From contig CM026547.1 of assembly GCA_014905635.1 (NCBI GenBank), positions 1,922,001 through 1,986,000 of the forward strand: a stretch of DNA of 64,000 bases. Direction: 5' to 3'. A program made the position numbers and the translations under genes. The notes under the pieces were generated by a model. That model saw only the letters and a list, made by a program, of their open reading frames with translations, did no database searches and was not told where the DNA came from. Shown here in pieces: positions 11,223-24,435 of the stretch (position 1 is the first letter of the stretch; every line of letters begins with the position of its first letter). The DNA is from Scenedesmus sp. PABB004 (taxonomy: Eukaryota).

Positions 11223-12876
11223 TCACCGCCGGCGAGCCCCACGGGGCGGCGCACTCTGCTGAACCGCGCCCGCCGCCCGCGCCGGCCGCGTCGGCTCGCC
11301 GTCGCCGACGGCTCGCAGGCCCGCCTGCTCTGCCGCCGCCGCCGCCGCGGCCGCGCGCTCGCGCGCCGCGTCCCACTCCCGGAATCCCGGGCACTCGGCG
11401 TCCACGAGCGCGTCGAAGCGCGCCGCGGCGGGCGTGAGCGCCGTGAGCAGGAGCGGCAGCTCCCCGCCGCCGCCGCGCTGCTCCGGGCCGCCGGGCGCCG
11501 CGCCGTCCGCCATGCGCGTCTCGAGCAGGAACTCGAGCAGCCTGAAGCGCAGCGCGGGGCGCATGAGCAGGCCCAGCATGGCCGCCCCGTCGCGCCGCGC
11601 CGACAGCTGCGCGGCGCTCGGCGCGTGCGCGGCGCCGTAGCGGCGCAGCAGCGCCGCACGCGCGGCGATCGTGTCGGCACTGAACGTGAGCGCCACGGGG
11701 TGGCTCGCGAGCGCGGCGCCCAGCTGCGCCGCGCCCCAGCCGAGCGCGGCGCGCAGCGCGGCGACGCGCGCGGCGAGCGTGTCGACGCTCGACGCGAGCA
11801 CGCTCGGCGCTGCCACGAGCAGGGGCGACACGTCGCCGGGCCGCGCCGCGGCCAGCAGGCGCGACAGCGCGGCCAGCTTGGCGTCCAGCTGCGCCGGGGT
11901 GAGGCTGAGCAGGGTGCGGTTCTTGGCCCACATCCCCGCCACGCGCCCGGGCGGCACGCCCAGGCGCGCCGCGGTGCCGGCGAGCTTGGACGCGAGGCTG
12001 TCGGCGCGGTACGTGAGCAGCGCCGGCTGCGCCGCGAGCAGCGCCGACACGTCGTCCGGTGGCAGGCCCAGCGCGTCGTGCAGCGCCGCCGCCTTGGCGC
12101 GCAGCGTGGCCGGCGTCTGGTTGAGCAGCTCCGGTGTGTGGTGGATGCGCGACAGCAGCGCGCCGCGCTCCGCGCCGCCGCCGGCGCCGCCCGCCTCGCA
12201 CAGCGCGGCGAGGCGCTCCGCCAGCTCCTCGCGCGTCAGCAGCCGCGCGCCGTTGTTCAGGCGCCTGGCGCACAGCTGCGTCCGCCGGTCACACAGCGCG
12301 GCGGCGGCGGCGGCCGTGAGAGAGCCGGGCGGACCGTACGGCAGCCGCAGAGCAGCTCACGGCGCGGGTCTCGGCGAGCTGCGCCGGGCGCACCTTTTCG
12401 AAGAACTTGCGCGACAGCCCCTGGCCGGCGAACTCGCCATGCAGCTCCTGCACCTGCTGCTGGAACGCCGCGTCCTGCGGGGCGCAGGTCGGCGGGCAGC
12501 TGAGATGGGCAGCGCTCCCCAGCGGCTCGCAGCGCCGAGCGCGCCCGCATCGGCGGCGGCCGCCCCGCGGCGTGCAGCTACCTGCGTGTCACAGCGCCGG
12601 GGCGAGTAACTCCTCTTGATCGGCACGAGGGTGCTGGTCGGCCAGCCGCCGCCCAGCCGCAGCGCGGCCGACAGCGCCGCAGCGGCCGCTGCTGCGCCCC
12701 ACGGCGCGGCCGCGCCTGCCGTGGCGCCGAGCGCCAGGGGCCAGCCTGCGCGTCGAGACGACCGGACGGCACCGTGAGAGGCGGCCGGCAGCCGGCGGCG
12801 GGCTCCCCAGGCGTGCCGCACCGAGCGTCTGCTGCTCAAACGCCGCCAGCGCGCGGGCGCAGCGCAGGCAGAGCAT
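11223..12876 (-). CDS. mTERF-like helical-repeat organellar protein (multi-exon)
   Basis: ~35-aa repeats HHTPELLNQTPATL, AAQPALLTYRADSL, AKNRTLLSLTPAQL, VAAPSVLASSVDTL, ASHPVALTFSADTI; intron with GT donor and CTCAC branch site after exon 1. Confidence 0.65.
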
Positions 12877-13039
12877 GTCTGGGCGCTTGGGGCGATCGGG
12901 CGCGTCTCGACGCTCGTCGTTGAGGGCCGCTGCCTGTTCGACGAGCGCGCGGCGGCGGGCTGGCGAGCAGCGCGGCGGTTGCGGGGCAGGCGCGGGGGCA
13001 GCGACGCCGACGCGACGGCCAACCAGCACGCTCGTTGCT

Positions 13040-13044
13040 TTACA
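13040..13044 (-). terminator. TGTAA polyadenylation signal, probably of the Sen1-like gene
   Basis: TTACA on + strand just downstream of the stop at 13102; TGTAA is the established chlorophyte poly(A) signal. Confidence 0.5.
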
Positions 13045-13101
13045 CAAGGGTCAGCGTCGGTCTACGCATCATCAACGCGCGGGCGCGGTTCTTCGCGCGG
13101 T

Positions 13102-16100
13102 TCAGCTGCGGTTCTTCGCGCGCTGCGCCTCGAGCCGCCGCATGAGTGCGGCGCGGAGCTCGGCCTGGCTGGGCAGGCTGCCCGACGGCTGTTCCTGCTG
13201 CCCCGGCTGCGCGCCGCCTGGCGGCCGCTGCCCTGCCACCGCGCCGGCAGCTGTGCCGGCGCCCGGGCGCGCCGCTGCGCCTGCTGCGCCGCTCGGCCGG
13301 GCGCGGGGCGCCGCCGCCGGCGGGCCCGTCCTGCCTGCACCGCCCACGGGCGCGGCTGTGCGCTCCCGCGGTGCACCCGCCGCCGTGCCGGGCTGCTGCG
13401 CGGGCTGCTCCGCAGGCTGCCGCCGCTGCTGCTGCTGCTGCTGCTGCTGCTGCCGCCGCTGCGGCTGTGGCGCCAACGGCCGCGTCTGCGGCGGTGCCTG
13501 TGGCGGCGGCGGCTCCGGCTGCCGCGCCTGCGGCGACGCCAGCACCGGCGCCGGCGCGGCTGGCGCGGCAGCTGCCAGCGTGGCGGGCTGCCCGTCCGCC
13601 GCCGCCCCGGGCGCGGCGCCTGCGGCCGGCGACGTGGGCGGCAGCGCCGCCGGCGCCCAGTAGCTGCCCAGCAGCTGGCGCTCGCTCGTGCGGGGGTCGA
13701 GCAGCCGGGCGAAGGGCGCGCGCGCCTCCAGCAGCGCGCCACGGGCGTGGGCGTGCGCCAGCAGCGCCCGCCACGGGGGCGCCGCCGCCACCTGGCCCGC
13801 GGCGCGCGGTCGTCGTCGGCGGCGGCCGGCGCGTGAGCACCGGCAGCGCCCGCCGCGGGCGCTGCCTGCTGTGCCTGCCGCGCCGCGCGTCCCCGGCGCG
13901 CCTCACCGTAGCGGCGTGGCAGACCACCCACGTCGCGCGGCGCCCGCGCGTGAGGCTGACGTTGAGGCGCCGCACGTCCGCCAGGAACCCCAGCCGCGCC
14001 ACGCTGCTGGCTGCCTCGCCGCGCGAGCTCTGGGCCGCCCACGCCCCCGGCGCCAGGCCGCGCGCCGCGGCGTCAGGCTGCGCGCGCACGCAGCTGAACA
14101 GCACGACGTCAGCCTCGCGGCCCTGTGGCGGACGGGGGAAAAGGGGAGGGATGGGGGGGGGGGGGTGTCACGGCTCGGCGGCCACCGGTGCGCGCACGCG
14201 CGCGCACGCGCACGCGCGCGCACGCGCGCGCTGCGCGGCGCCGCCCGCGCGCGGCTGCGGCCACCAACCTGGAACGCGTCCACCGTGTCAAACTCGACGC
14301 GCGCTGCGTCGAGGCCGGCGTGCGCGAGCGCGCGCGTGCACTCGCGCTGCAGCACGCCCACCTGCGCGCGGTACGCTGCGATCACCGCCACGCTGCCGAC
14401 CTCGCCGCCGTGCCGCGCCAGCAGGCCTGCGGCAGGGGCGGCGCCGGGGCCGGGGCAGGCGGTCGGCGACCCCCAGGCACAGCAGCGCCCCAGGCCGCCG
14501 CGCGCCAGCGCGCCGCGCCGCGCACCCGTCAGTAGCGCAGCCGCCAGCTGCGCCTCGGCGGTGTTGGAGCGCGAGGGGCCGCCGCGGCCGGCGCCGCGGC
14601 GCTCGCAGCCGTCGGGCACGTCCCACACCAGCAGCGGCCGGAACGGCGCGCGCGCGTGGAAGGCCGCGGCGCGCTCCCGCTCGCCCACGCCGTCGGTGAG
14701 GCGGCCGCCGTAAAAGTACCTGCTGGGGAAGGCACTGAGAGCGGGATGCATGCGGTACTGGGCGGCCAGCATCGTCACGGGCCAGCCGCAGCGCGCGAGC
14801 CGCTCAAACAGGCTCTCTGCGAGCGCCGCCGACGGCCCCGCCATCGCGCGCACGGTGGGCGGCAGCTGCTTGGGGTCGCCCACCAGCACGAGCCGCCCCG
14901 TGCCTGCGCCGCGGGGGCGGCACGGGAGGGCGGCACGGCAGGGCGGCGCGCGTGTCGGCGGCGCACGCGCGCGCGCGCGCGCGAGGGCGGCCCGCAGCCG
15001 CCGCCGCGCCGCGCGCCTGCAGCCCGCGCCGCACCCGGCTGGAGCAGCCTGATGGCCTGCAGCGTGGCGGGCTCGAGCGCCTGCGCCGCCTCGTCCACCA
15101 CCGCCACGTCAAATGGCGGCAGCGCCGCGCCGCCAGGGCCGCCGCAGCTCCACTCCGCGTGCAGGGCACCGCCAGCGGCGCTCAGCGTGCACAGCTGCCC
15201 AGCGCAAGCGAGGGGCGGGGCGTGGCGGGGTTGGCCCCTCAAGCGCTGCGCGGGCGAGCGCGGGCGAGTGCGCTCGCCTGCATTGCCCCTCCCCTCCCCT
15301 CCCGCACCCCCGCCGCACCACGATCTCTGCCGCCTGCAGCACCGCGCGCCTCGCCGCCGCAGTGCCGCGCCGGCCGCTCCCCAGCGCGCGCGCCGCCTCG
15401 GCCTCGGCGACTCGCACGTCGGCGAGCAGGGCGCGCTGCTGGTCGCGCAGCAGCGACTCGCTCGCGGCTCCGTCGGTGCGCGCCAGCTCCGGCGCGGGCT
15501 CGCTCCGCTCTTGCTGCCCAGTGATGCCTGGCTGCAAGCCACGCGGCCTGTCGGCGTCGCGTGCCCTGTCACGCCGCCGCCCCCCGCTGCGGCTGCGGCC
15601 CCCGCCACGGCTCCTGCTGCGGCTCCTGCTGCGGCGCCCGCGGCGCTCGTCGTCGCGCCTGGCCGCGCGCTCCCTGCTGTCGTCCCTGTGCCGCCCCCCG
15701 TGCCGGCGCCGCTCGTCGTCCCTGCCGGCCCGCGCCAGGCTCCGGCTCCTGCTGCGCCCTGACCCCCTGCGCTCGCTGCCTGCATGCCTGCGTCTGCTCC
15801 TGCTCCTGCCCCTGCCCCTGCTCCTGCTCCTGCCGCGCCGCTCGTCCCTGCCGCGGTCCCGGTGCTGCTCGCGGGCGCCGTCACGGCCGCGGTCGCGGTC
15901 GCCCCTGCTGCCGCGCTCGCGCCTGCCAGCGTCCGGGCTGGCCCCTGCGTGCTGCCGCTTGGCGGCCCTGCTGTCGCCGGCGCTGGCGGCTGCGGCCGGC
16001 GCGTCACCGCGGCCGCGCTTGGCTGTGCCCTGCTGCGCCGCGCCGGCGGTGCCGGCAGCGCCGTGCTCGGCCTCCGGCTGGCCCACGGCGCCCTCGGCTG

Positions 16101-19100
16101 CGAGCGCCGCAAGCTGCTGCTCCACCGCCGCCAGCCTCCCCCGCAGCGCCTCCAGCCGTGCCTGCACCGGGCCGCGCTGGCCCGCCTTGTCCAGCTGCTG
16201 CGCCTGCTGCTGCAGCGCGCATGCCTCCGCCAGCGCGTCCAGGTGGAAGGCCTGCACCGCCGGGTGCATTGCCTCGCGCCGGCCGACGCGGACGAGGGCC
16301 GCCGGCCGCTTGGCGCCGTCGGCGCCCCACAGGCCGTCCGACGCCAGCCGCGCGGCGAGCTCGTCCACCGCCGCATTGCTCTGCGCGCACACCAGGACGC
16401 GCACAGGCGGCTCCGCGCCAATCACCAGACCCCCGCGCACCGGCTGCCGCCCCGCCGCGGCCGCGGCGAGCGGGGCCGGCGCGGCGGCGGCGGCGGGCGC
16501 GCGGCCAGGCGCGGTGCCCTTCCTGCGCGCCGCCGGCTGCGCGGGCCCGCCGCCGGCGCCGCCGGCGCCACCGTGCGGGGGCTGTGTGCCCGCGCCGCTG
16601 GAGAGCAGGGCGGAGAGGATGCCAATGATTGCTGTCGTCTTGCCCGTGCCCGGCGGGCCCTGCACGAGCGTCACGGGCAGCCGGCGGTCCAGGCTCGCCG
16701 CGACCGCCGCCGCCTGGGATGGGTTGTACGCGCGGGTCAGCGCGGCGTGCAGGCCGGGCGCGAGCGCGGGCGCGCGGCGCCCCCCGCTCGGCACGCCCCC
16801 GTCGCCGGGGCGGCCGCGCTCCGGCGGCGGCAGCGCGCCCGGCGGGGGCGCCGCGGGCGGCATCGGCGACAGCAGCTGCTGCAGCAGCACGCTGGTTGCG
16901 GGGCTGGCGCTCTGCACGTAGCACAGCGCCTGCGCCGGCGGGCGACGGGGCGGCGGCAGCGCGCGCGCGCGCGCGCGCGCGTCGGCAGTGCGCAGCGGCG
17001 CCGTCGGCGCTGAGGGACGGGGCGGGCCGCGCCCAGGCGCCGCGCCGCGCGCGCGCCGCGCCTGGAACTCGCGCATGGTGGTGACGAGCGACGCGACGAC
17101 GGTGAGCCACATCTGCCCGCCCGGCACGAGCGCGCGCGCCCAGAGCTGGCCGATGAGCGCGCTGCTCACGGAGCCGGGGTCGACGCGCAGCTCCACCTCG
17201 CGCACGCCCGCCGCGCCCGCGCCGCCGCGCGGCCGGGCGGCGCGCGTCACCAGCGCCGCCAGGTGCGCGCGCGGCAGCCGGTCCGGCGCGAGCGCGGCGC
17301 CCTCGTGGACCGGCTCCAGCGTGAGCAGCACCCAGTCGTGCTCGGCGGGGCTGCCCTCGCCCGCCCAGCCGCCGGCGTCGCCGCTCGTGTCCGCGCGCGC
17401 CTCGAGCACGAGCGCCCGGCCGACGCGCGCCACGCCGTGCAGCAGCAGCGGCATGCAGCGCAGCTCGCCCCGGCCGCCGGCGCCCGCCACGAGCTCCTCG
17501 TGCGCCTCGGCGAGCCCCGCGCGCAGCTCAAGAAGCAGCAGCTCCCGGAACACAGCGCAGTAGTGGGCTCGCCCCTCGAAGCGCGGCGGCACCGCGCCGT
17601 CGGGCGACAGCAGCGCGCCCGCGGCGGCGCGCTGCGCGGCGGCCGCGCCGGGGCCGAGCGCCCCGGCCGCGCCAATGAAGCCCCAGGACAGCAGCTCACC
17701 GATCACGCTCTCCATGCGCAGCGCGGGGAACGCAGGCGCGGCCGGCGCGGCGGCGCCATCCGGCGCGGCGCCCTGCCGGCCGCGCCCGCGCGCCAGCGGG
17801 GCGCCCCCGAGCGTGAGCACGCCGTGGCGCAGCGGCGCGGCCAACGCGCCGCCGCCCGGCGGCCGCGGGGCGTGCTGCACCTGGCGCGCGGCGGCGGCCT
17901 GGGCAAACGGGTCGCTCTCGCCGACGGGGCTGCCCGGCGTGGGGGCCGCCGCGGCCGCGGCCGCCGCCGCTGCCGCCGCTTCCTGCGGCTGCTGCCGCTG
18001 CAGGCTGCCCGCGCGCTGCAGGTGGTCCGCACGCCAGGCGGCCGCAGCGGCAGCCTGGTCTGCGGCACGCACGCTTGCGCTGCGCTGAAGCTGCTGCGCG
18101 CCGGCGCCGGCCGCTGCCGCTCTGCTCTCGACCAGCCGCGCCAGCTGCGCGGCAACGCTGCCGCCGCCGCCGCCGCGGCCGGCGCTGCGACGAGCCGGCG
18201 CGCGGCCAAACAGGGTCGCCCTGATCTCGTCCGCCCTGCTCAAGCCCGCGCCCTCGCCGCCCTGGCGCCGCCGGGGCTTGTGGTTGAAGCTCCCTGCGGC
18301 CCACCCGCGGTCGTTGCCCGCGGCGCCTGGCCACTGGTCGGGCCAGAGCGCGTCCAGGTCCGGCTCTGCGCGCGCGCCAGCGGCGGCGCCCGCCCTGCCG
18401 GCGGGGTGCGACCCAGTCCGCTGCAGCGGTGCGCTGGCCTGCTGCTGCCGCTGCTGCGGCAGCGGCGGCGGCGCCTGCTCGCCTCGGCTGGGCGCCCTGG
18501 CAGCGGCTGCAGGCTGCGCCTGCGTGCGCCGGCCCGCCGCCGCCAGCGGTATCGAGAGCAGGTGCAGGGGACGCCTGCGCACCGGCGGCTGGCTGCCGTC
18601 TGCGGCGCCAGGCTGCTGCGTGCCTGTGGGCGCACACAGCAGCGCAGAAAGCAACAGTGAGCTGTGAGCCACGGCGCCTCAAGCGATCCCCCTGCACACG
18701 CAGCACGCACCTGGGGCCTGTGCGCGCGCCTGCTTTGCCTCGTGGCGCCGCGCGTCCGTGTCAGCCAGGTCAGCGAGCAGCCGCCTGAAGGCCGAGCTGC
18801 CGTGGTCGCCGCCGGGCCGCCCCTCCTGCGCTTTTCGCTGCCGCTCGGGCGGCACCACCTGGATCTTGGCGCAGCGCAGCAGCTTGCTGACCCCGCGCTG
18901 CAAGCTCTGCTGCGGCTGCGGCTGCGGCTGCGGCTGTGGCTGCGGCTGCGGCTGAGGCTGCGGCGGCGCCTGACGCTCCTCCAGCAGCACGACGTCGCTG
19001 CTGTCGCTGCTGGCCGCGTCGCCGTCGCCTGCCTCGGACGCCGGCCAGTCCTCGCCCACCCACTCCTCGTCGCTGTTGTCAGCGAGCGCCGTGAGGTCAA

Positions 19101-22100
19101 CCAGCTCCGCGCCGCGCGCTTCGGGCGCCGCCGCGCCGCCGCGCGCGCTGACGCCGACGCCCCCGCCGGCGCCGGGAGGGGTGGCGGCAGCGAGGCGCGC
19201 AGGGAAGCCACCGACGCCGCTGCTGGCGAGGGTGCCGGGCGCGGCGCTGGGCAGTAGCGCCGCCAGCCAGAGCGTGTCCAGGCCCAGGCATTCACCGCGG
19301 CGCATGAGCTCGGCAGCCGCGGCCTTCACAGCCTGCGGAGGAGCGGGGTCAGGCGGGCGCGCACGCAGCTAGCAGTGCCGCGGCGGCGCACGCGCCAGCA
19401 CGCGCAGCGCGCGGCCCGCAGCGACGCGCCCCACCTTTGGCAGCTGCGCGCTGGTGGCGCGCACGACGCCCTCCAGCGCCGCCCGCCACACCTCGCACAG
19501 GTGCTCGTCAGCGACCGCACGCGCGGTGCACCGCGAGCAGCTGCTGCCGCCGCTGCCGCCGCAGCCGCCAGCTGCAGCGGCGGCGGCGTGCAGCTCCGCG
19601 CCGAGCTGGAGCAGGTGCACGAGCCACCTGGCATCTGCCTGCGGCGCCGTGCGGGCGCTGCCGCCCTGCGAGCCCTGGCTGCTGGCCGCCGCGTCAAAGG
19701 AGTCGGCCTCGAACGAGACCAGACTCAGCCGCTGCTCGGCGCGCTGGCGCACGTGCACCTGCCAGCACTTCCAGGCCGCCGGTAGCCCTTTGAGCGCCGC
19801 CGCCAGCACCGCCGCCAGGCCCGCGCCCAGGTGGTGCTCCCACCCCGGCGGTTGAGCGCCCGGCCGCGCTGCGTCGGCGCCGCCGGCGCACGCGCGGCAG
19901 CGGCCCAACAGGAGCCTGCGGCTGCTGGCCAAGCAGTCCATGGCGAGCTGCCAGTGGCTCGGGAGCAGGAGGCCCAGCTGCGGCAGCATCAGCTCCAGGC
20001 CGTGACGGATGGCCGCGGCCAGGCAATGCGCCGACAGGCGAAGGCAGGCAGACAGGCCGCCCGGGTGGTCCTCGACGGCCTGCAGCGGCGGCGGCGGCGG
20101 CAGCCGCGAGCAGGCTCAGGGCGGAGCCCAAGTTGCCCCCCCCCCCCCCGCCCGCGGCAGCACGGCAGCTTGCCGCCACGGCCCCACCGGCCCACCTGCT
20201 GCAGGCGCAGGCGCAGGATCGCCTGCACGCCCTCCTGCAGTGAGTCCAGCACCTCAACCGCGCAGGCGCTGCCTGGCGCGAGCAGCTGCCGCTGCACAGC
20301 CTCGTCTAACTGCCCCGCAGCCAGCCCGCAGCTCGCCAGCAGCGCCAGCTCCGCCGCAGACGCGAGCGGCGCCGCCGGGCCGTCGCCGCCCAGCAGCAGC
20401 AGGCTGCAGCAGCTGCGCACGGTGAGCGCGTAGGGTGCGGCGGCGGTGCTGTCCAGCGGCGGCGCCGCGCTGGCTGCGCCTGCCAGCGCCTCAAACGCCA
20501 GCGACAGCCCGAGCTGGTGCGGCGCGGAGCTGCCCGCGCGGCCCCGCCCTGAGGCGGCGGCAGCAGGAAGAATCGCGAACGGATGGAGCAGATGCCGAGG
20601 TGCCGCGCTGCGCGGCGGCGGCAGAGGCGGCGCGGCAGGCAGGTTGGCGTGGCGGCCGGCGGGGCCGCCGTGCTCGGTGTTGCGCGCGCACGCACCTGCG
20701 GCGCGCATGAGGTGCGCGTGCAGCCAGCCGGGAAAGTCACGCGCCACAACCGCGTGCGCGGTGCTGCAAACCTCCACGGCCTCGGCGTCTGGCAGCGCCA
20801 GCGCCGCAGCAAGCGCGGCCTCCTGCCGCGCCGTCACCTGCACGCGCGCCGCCCGCGCCGCGGCGGTGAGCGGCGCGAGCTCCGCGCCGACCGCCGCAAA
20901 GGTTGCCGACACCGTGGGCTCGCCGCACCCCGCCAGCGCGCCCCAGAGGCAGGGGCTGGCGGCGAAGGTGGCGCTGCCGCTGACCACCACCTCCACCACG
21001 TCCTCCACGCCCTCCACGAGGCGCGAGCGGCAGCGAGGGTGGTGGTGCCCCGGGTCGAGCAAGCTGTGGAGCACCGCCGCGTCAACCTGGATCGCCGTCG
21101 CCGCGAGCTCCGCCGCGCCCGCCACCACCGCCCGGCGGAGCTGCTCCATGCCTGCCAGCAGCGGCAGCAGCTGCAGCCGGCCCGGAGCCTGGTGCTGCGG
21201 CGGCTCGGGCAGCACCGGGCCGTCCCCGCCCAGGGGCGCGCTGCGCAGCACGTCCGCGACCACCGGCGCCCAGAGGTGCGCAAACGTGGCGGTGCTGGAG
21301 CACTCGGGGCTCTGCAGCGCGGCAATGCAGCATCGCAGGCCCGCCTGGGGCAGCGGAGGGACCAGGGGCCATGTCAGCAGGCGCCGCACGCCGCGCGTGA
21401 CGCGGCAGGCGGCCGTGGTGGCCGCCGCGCGAGCCCCGCGCGCGCGGCGCGCCTCACCTGCAGCGCCAGGCCGCGCACGCGCACGGGCACCTGCGTGCTG
21501 CCCGGCAGCTGCACCAGCAGCAGCCGCAGCGCCGCGCCTGCCGCCGCCCTGCTGCTCTCAGCCGCTGCCGCGGCGTCGGCGCGAGCTGCCGCGTCGTCGT
21601 CGCCCTCCTCGCTGTCCTCGTCCTCGTCCAGCGCCTCGTAGGCAGGCGCGAGGCAGGGCAGCAGCGAGCCCACCGCAGCCTCCAGCGCCTCCACCAGGGG
21701 CAGCAGCAGCGCCTCGTCGCGCACGTGTCGCCAGCAGGTTGCCGCCAGCTGCGCCACCAGCTCGCACGGCGCCACGCACGCCCGCCGCCACAGCGCCGCG
21801 CCGCAGCCGCGCAGCAGCAGCTGCAGGCAGCGGAGCGCGCGCTCGTGGCCAGGGCTGCCCTCGGGCGCGGGTGCAGGACCGCCCTGCGCCGCGAGCGCCG
21901 CCGCCTGCGCCGCCCAGGGCGCCGCCGGGCAGGCGTGCTCTAGCAGCGTGCCTGCCAGCACGCGGTGGTGGTCGGCCAGCAGCGCCGGCAGGCAGTCGTC
22001 CTCAAACAGGCCCAGCAGCGCCTCGAGACCCCACCACACCTGCCAGGGCTGGCGCTGACCCGGCGCCAGCGCTGCCAGGTATGCGCTCGCCTCGTTGAGG

Positions 22101-22637
22101 GCCGAGCCCGCCGGCTGGCCCAGCGCGGCCCACCACGCCTCCAGCGCGTCGTCGAGCAGCGGAGCCCCCGCGTCCCCTCTCTCGCGCAGCTCCTGCACGC
22201 CTGAGACGTCCAGGCGGCCCAGGCGCCGCGCGGCGTCCAGCGCGCGCGCGCGCACCGCCTCGATGGGGTGCGCCAGCAGCTTGTAGATGCCCGGGAGGCG
22301 GGCGGCCGTGCCGAAGGGGGCTTCAGCCATGCTGACGCCCCAGTCCAGCCCGTCCAGCGCCGCCACGACCGCGTCGCACAGCGGCGCTGCGTCGAGGTGC
22401 TGGGCAAAGCCCAGCGCCTCAAACACGCCCAGCAGCAGCACGTCGCCCCCCGCGCCTTGCTGCGGCCGCGGCGCCAGCCAGGCCAGGAGGCGCTGCCGGT
22501 CGAGCTGCCACAGCACCTCCAGCAGCTCCTGCACCCCGCCCTCGTTTCGGTCCGCGCTCAACAGCAGCTCCCTCTGCGGCACGGGGGCGGGCGCGGCGCG
22601 CAGCGGGCGGAGCGCGCTTCGAACACGAGCCGCGCCG

Positions 22638-22678
<41 letters not shown>

Positions 22679-23164
22679 TGCCTGCCAGTCGTGCCAGCCC
22701 TCGATGCACTCAGAGCAGCTGCTGAGCTGCTCAACCATCTCCGCCCACAGCTCACGCGGCAGCCGGTGCTCCGTGTGGACCAGCACGACCGCGAGGGCCT
22801 TGACGACTGCGCGCGGCGCGAGGCAGGCGCGCGGCGCGGTCTGCGCGCTGCGCTGGCCGGCCGCGCGGCCGCGCCGACCCACACCCGCACTCACGAAAGT
22901 AGCGGTAGCACCACCAGTGCTCCCGGTGCTGCATGAGGAACGCGTGCGCCGCCTGGTGGCACTGGGTCGGCGCGGCGGCGGTGGCGCGGCGGCGGTGGCG
23001 GGGGCGCCGCTGAGCGCAGCAGCGGCGGGCGTCGCGCGTCCGCGCGCCGTGCGCCGGGCGTTCGGCGCCGCCGTGCGCCGCACCTCGCGCAGGGAGTTGG
23101 TCGGGTCTGCGTAGGCGGCCATGAGGCGCGCCTCCTCCACCTCGTCGTCGGGCGCGGCGGCCAT
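13102..23164 (-). CDS. SEN1: Sen1/senataxin-like SF1B RNA/DNA helicase (large multi-exon gene)
   Basis: N-terminal HWWC and LSSCSEC (Sen1 N-domain-like); helicase motifs YNPSQ, QGPPGTGKT, VLVCAQSNAAVDE, VVDEAAQ, LVGDPKQLPPT, SLFERL, QYRMHP, TVDAFQ/GRE, RRLNVSLTRGR. Confidence 0.9.
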
Positions 23165-23485
23165 CTCTCTTCTGCCGCAGGCCTGGGGGGCCCCGCAGCC
23201 GCGGCGCTATGGCCTGGTGCGACCTCACGACTGCCCAGGGTCGACAGCGGCCGCCGCCGGCAGCTGGCGGCGCGCACGGCGGTTGGAGCGGCCGCTGCTC
23301 CGCCGCGCTGCTGCGGCCCGCCGCAGCTCGTGCGGCGCCGCGGCGCGGCGGCGCGCGTGGGAACGGTCTGGCTCTGCTGCTCGGCAGGCGAGAGGTTGCT
23401 GTGCACAGGCCAAAACCGCGGACAACGGGTCCCCACAACCGCCGCCCCGCCTGCCGCGTGCGCATCACCAACTGCGGCGGCGCCG

Positions 23486-23490
23486 TTACA
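23486..23490 (-). terminator. TGTAA polyadenylation signal, probably of the GCK-domain gene
   Basis: TTACA on + strand ~460 bp downstream of the GCK gene stop, before the Sen1 start. Confidence 0.5.
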
Positions 23491-23595
23491 GCGCTCGCCT
23501 GCGCTCTCTGCGCCGAAGGTGGCGCGGGTCGCGGCGCCAGCCTGGCCAGGGCCGCGCGCGCGGCGCCGCGCCGCGCCGCGCTGCGCCGCGCGGCG

Positions 23596-23918
23596 CGCGT
23601 GCTGTGCGACGCGACCAAGGCCTACCAGGCGCCGAGCACCGCGACCGGCGCCAATGAGCTGCAGGCGCTGGCGCGCGTGTCGAGCGTCGTGCCGGACACG
23701 CTTATGCTGTCGGGCGGGCCCGTGAAGCCCAAGGCCGCGACCTCGTCCAGCCTGCTGCTGTCCTGGATCCTCAACAACGAGCAGCTCGGCATGAAGCCCT
23801 ACCAGGTGCGCGCCGGGGCCCCGCGCGCCGGCGGGGCGCGGGATCTCGACCCCGACACGCCGCCCCCGCGCGCGCGGCGCACCGCCAGAACGCCATCGCC
23901 GCGTCGCTCAACTACGAC
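23596..23918 (+). pseudogene. Truncated duplicate of the transaldolase-like gene 5' part (exon 1 part, intron 1, start of exon 2)
   Basis: 323-bp direct copy of 24835-25157 with about 8 substitutions counted by eye and no indels; no nearby ATG; ends at ..ASLNYD. Confidence 0.9.
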
Positions 23919-23951
23919 GAGCGACCCGGGCTCAGCCCATGCGGGGTCCGG

Positions 23952-24435
23952 TCAGCCCATGGCCTCCTTGACCACGTGGTCCACCGTGGCGCGCGTCTTC
24001 ATGCACGTCCGGAACGCCTCAAACTGCGGGCCGCGCGGCGCGGGCGCGGTCAGGCGCGCGCTGCGCCGCGCCGCGCCGCGCCACGCCACGGCGGCCTGCG
24101 CGCCCGCGCGCCGCGCCGCCGCGCCAGGTGCAGGCAGGCCTCCTCGTCCTCCCCGCGTGCCACGGCGGAGTCGTAGCACGCGTCAAAGGCCTGCGGCGAC
24201 GCCGCGCGCGCGCTCGCGCCGCGGCCGCTGCGGCGGGCGGGCGGGCGGGCTGCCACCGCCTGCGCGCTGCAGGCTGCTGGCGCGCCGCCCGCCGCAGGCG
24301 CACCACAAACTCCTTCTTGCACAGGCCCTCGGTGAGCACCAGCTGGACGGCGCAGTCGGGGCAGGCCTCCTCCTCCTCACCCGCGCTCGGCGATTGAGCG
24401 CTCGGCGCTGCCTGCTGCTGCGACCGCTCCGGCAT
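23952..24435 (-). CDS. Small Cys-rich GCK-domain (CHCH-like) protein, 3 exons
   Basis: MPERSQ..EEEEACPDCAVQLVLTEGLCKKEFV/AFDACYDSAVARGEDEEACLHL/FEAFRTCMKTRATVDHVVKEAMG*. Confidence 0.7.
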
